Assembly (NCBI GenBank): GCA_043803105.1
Contig: JAZDKJ010000006.1
Location: 64,001 to 128,000 of the forward strand
Length of the DNA: 64,000 nt
Source of the DNA: Candidatus Woesearchaeota archaeon
GTDB taxonomy: Archaea > Nanobdellota > Nanobdellia > Woesearchaeales > JAZDKJ01
Direction of reading: 5' to 3'
The translations under genes and the position numbers were made by a program. The notes beneath the pieces were generated by a model that searched no databases, was not told the DNA's origin, and saw only the letters and a list, made by a program, of their open reading frames with translations. Positions 62,351 through 64,000 of this stretch are shown piece by piece; within the stretch, counting starts at the first letter, position 1; every line of letters starts with the position of its first letter.

Positions 62351-63867
62351 GAGAGTGTTTGGTTTATTGATTCAATAGTCTTCCTGACCTCTTTGTAGTC
62401 CCCGGTTGCAAGATGCTTTCTCATATTATCCCGAAATGTCCTCGGGTCTGTCCCGCAGCAGCTGGCCATGAGTATTATCTCATCAATCACTTGTGTAAGG
62501 ATTCCGTGCTCCTCAAGACTTTGCGCGAAATCATTGCTTTCCCTTGCCAGTTCCAGGAAGCTCTTTCCATCTACCTGGTAGGACAATCTGTCCCACTGGC
62601 TTGGGGCCAGTAATAGCTTGGGCGTGAAATACATCAATTCCCGGTTGTGTTGCTCAGTTAACCTGATCCCGTATTTTTCTGCCTGGTTGTACCATTTGCT
62701 GTGCGGAGCTATTATTGGGATGCTTACAGGCACAGAGTCTGGCCTTGTCTCAACCAAAAGTTCGAGGGTCTCTTTTTTTGTCTTCTCTGTTTCGCCTGGT
62801 GCAGGCACGATTACGCTTGTGATTACAGTTATCCCTGCTGCCTTGGTGTCTGTCACAACGCGCCTGATTGTTTCTTTCTTCAGCTTCTTGTCTATCGAGT
62901 AGTCGAGTATCTCTTGGCTGCCTGATTCCATCCCGAAGAAAATGCTTGCATATCCCGCCTTTCTCATCGCAGCAAGATGGTCGCTCCTGATGTTGTTCAT
63001 GTGGGTTGTTCCTGCGTATGTGAACCCGTACTCCTGGCTTGCAAGTTTCTCTGCCACGCCCTCAAGCGCAGGTCTGCTCGTGTCAGAGTCTCCGCTCCTG
63101 AACACATGCGCGCCATAGGTTGTTTTGTATGTTTCCAGCTCCTGTACAATTCTTTCAGTGCTTCTGTCCCGCGATACAATTCCGCTTTTTGCCGGATGCA
63201 CGCAGAAATTGCACTGATAAGGGCACCCCCTGGTCCATTCCGTGACCAAGATCCTTATTTTCTCTTCAAAAGCTGGATATACCTTTGTATCATATGTTGG
63301 CACAGGAAGCGCATCAAGGTCTGCTATCCTTTGTTGCTTGTTCTTCTTGACCGCTCCATTTGACATATACATCAGGTTTGGCACCCTGGTGATGTCCTGT
63401 TTTCCTTTAATGAAGTTAGCCAGTTCGACAATTGTTTCCTCTCCCTCGCCTGAGGACAGAAAATCAAAAGAATGTGTTACCTCAAAAACCTCCTCCCCAA
63501 ATATGTCCACATGCGGACCCCCGCCACAAACAGGCAACTTTGGATTGAGTTTTTTCAGCCAGTCTGCTGTAATAGTGGACACCCTGAAGCCTTCACCTGT
63601 CCAAAGCTTCATTCCGACAAGGCTTGGTTGCTGGTCAAGTATGATTTCAGCGATTTCTCTTGAATATTGGTTCTGGTTGTTTTCAAGCTCTTCTGGCGAT
63701 TTTCCGTACAATCTCTTCATGGACTCTGGAGTGTTAAAATCCAGGATTAGTGGTTCATGGCCTGCTTGGATTAGGCAGGCTGCAAGCCCTCCCAGGCCAT
63801 TATCAGGCAGAAACGCGCTCGGTGTTTGTGGATAACCGTTAAAGCTCACAAGGACTATCTTGTCCAT
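62347..63867 (-). CDS. Cobalamin-binding radical SAM protein
   Basis: N-terminal B12-binding-like domain (GGPH, GEGEET), TRGCPYQCNFC, FGMESGSQEIL. Confidence 0.9.
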   Translation of the reverse strand: MDKIVLVSFNGYPQTPSAFLPDNGLGGLAACLIQAGHEPLILDFNTPESMKRLYGKSPEELENNQNQYSREIAEIILDQQPSLVGMKLWTGEGFRVSTITADWLKKLNPKLPVCGGGPHVDIFGEEVFEVTHSFDFLSSGEGEETIVELANFIKGKQDITRVPNLMYMSNGAVKKNKQQRIADLDALPVPTYDTKVYPAFEEKIRILVTEWTRGCPYQCNFCVHPAKSGIVSRDRSTERIVQELETYKTTYGAHVFRSGDSDTSRPALEGVAEKLASQEYGFTYAGTTHMNNIRSDHLAAMRKAGYASIFFGMESGSQEILDYSIDKKLKKETIRRVVTDTKAAGITVITSVIVPAPGETEKTKKETLELLVETRPDSVPVSIPIIAPHSKWYNQAEKYGIRLTEQHNRELMYFTPKLLLAPSQWDRLSYQVDGKSFLELARESNDFAQSLEEHGILTQVIDEIILMASCCGTDPRTFRDNMRKHLATGDYKEVRKTIESINQTLS

Positions 63868-63928
63868 TTTTTGCCCTCTTTTTAACAGTTGTCCAGGATA
63901 ATCAGATATTTAAACCTTATCGGCTAAA

Positions 63929-63958
63929 TTTATCCTAAAAAAGTATTATTAGGATAAA
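63929..63958. promoter_or_regulatory. Inverted repeat, candidate operator upstream of the radical SAM operon
   Basis: TTTATCCTAA-N10-TTAGGATAAA, next to a minus-strand TTTAAATA at ~63907-63914. Confidence 0.5.
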
Positions 63959-64000
63959 AAAATCAAAATATTTACAATAAAATGGCAATATTTATATAAT

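Noticed and set aside
63242-63835. 197-aa plus-strand ORF and similar short overlapping ORFs throughout the track
   Set aside because: Antisense or out-of-frame shadows of genes with clear motifs.
1-64000. CRISPR array, rRNA genes
   Set aside because: No regularly spaced direct repeats or rRNA-like segments seen; nearly all the sequence is accounted for by ORFs.

Overview
Archaeal genomic DNA, most consistent with a DPANN archaeon of the Woesearchaeota type. The basis is BRE/TATA promoters about 25 nt upstream of ATGs, a tRNA with a bulge-helix-type intron, FlaI/FlaJ-type pilus genes, KaiC/RAD55 ATPases and translin; the lineage call is inference. Left part: a nucleotidyltransferase, a translin plus two HD-hydrolase operon, and a split Rhs/YD toxin-like locus (1931-aa SpvB/FG-GAP/YD shell; a separately secreted Rhs-core protein; an immunity-like gene; an orphan fragment). 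These are followed by three paralogous membrane proteins, a type IV pilus ATPase/platform pair, tRNA-Val(CAC) with a T-loop intron, EndoV, an HD protein, a complete IS5-family element and a 1088-aa unknown. From 26.3 to 60 kb lies a co-oriented ~34 kb cell-surface locus. It includes an extracellular-TM-HerA/FtsK-type ATPase fusion and a ~4870-aa Ig-repeat protein with three phage tail-collar/fibre-like HxH modules. It also has further Ig/CARDB surface proteins, coiled-coil proteins, KaiC-like ATPases and small regulators. The right end holds a KaiC+V4R module converging on a B12 radical SAM + LuxI/FeeM-like acyltransferase pair. All domain calls are by eye from motifs; no database searches were run.
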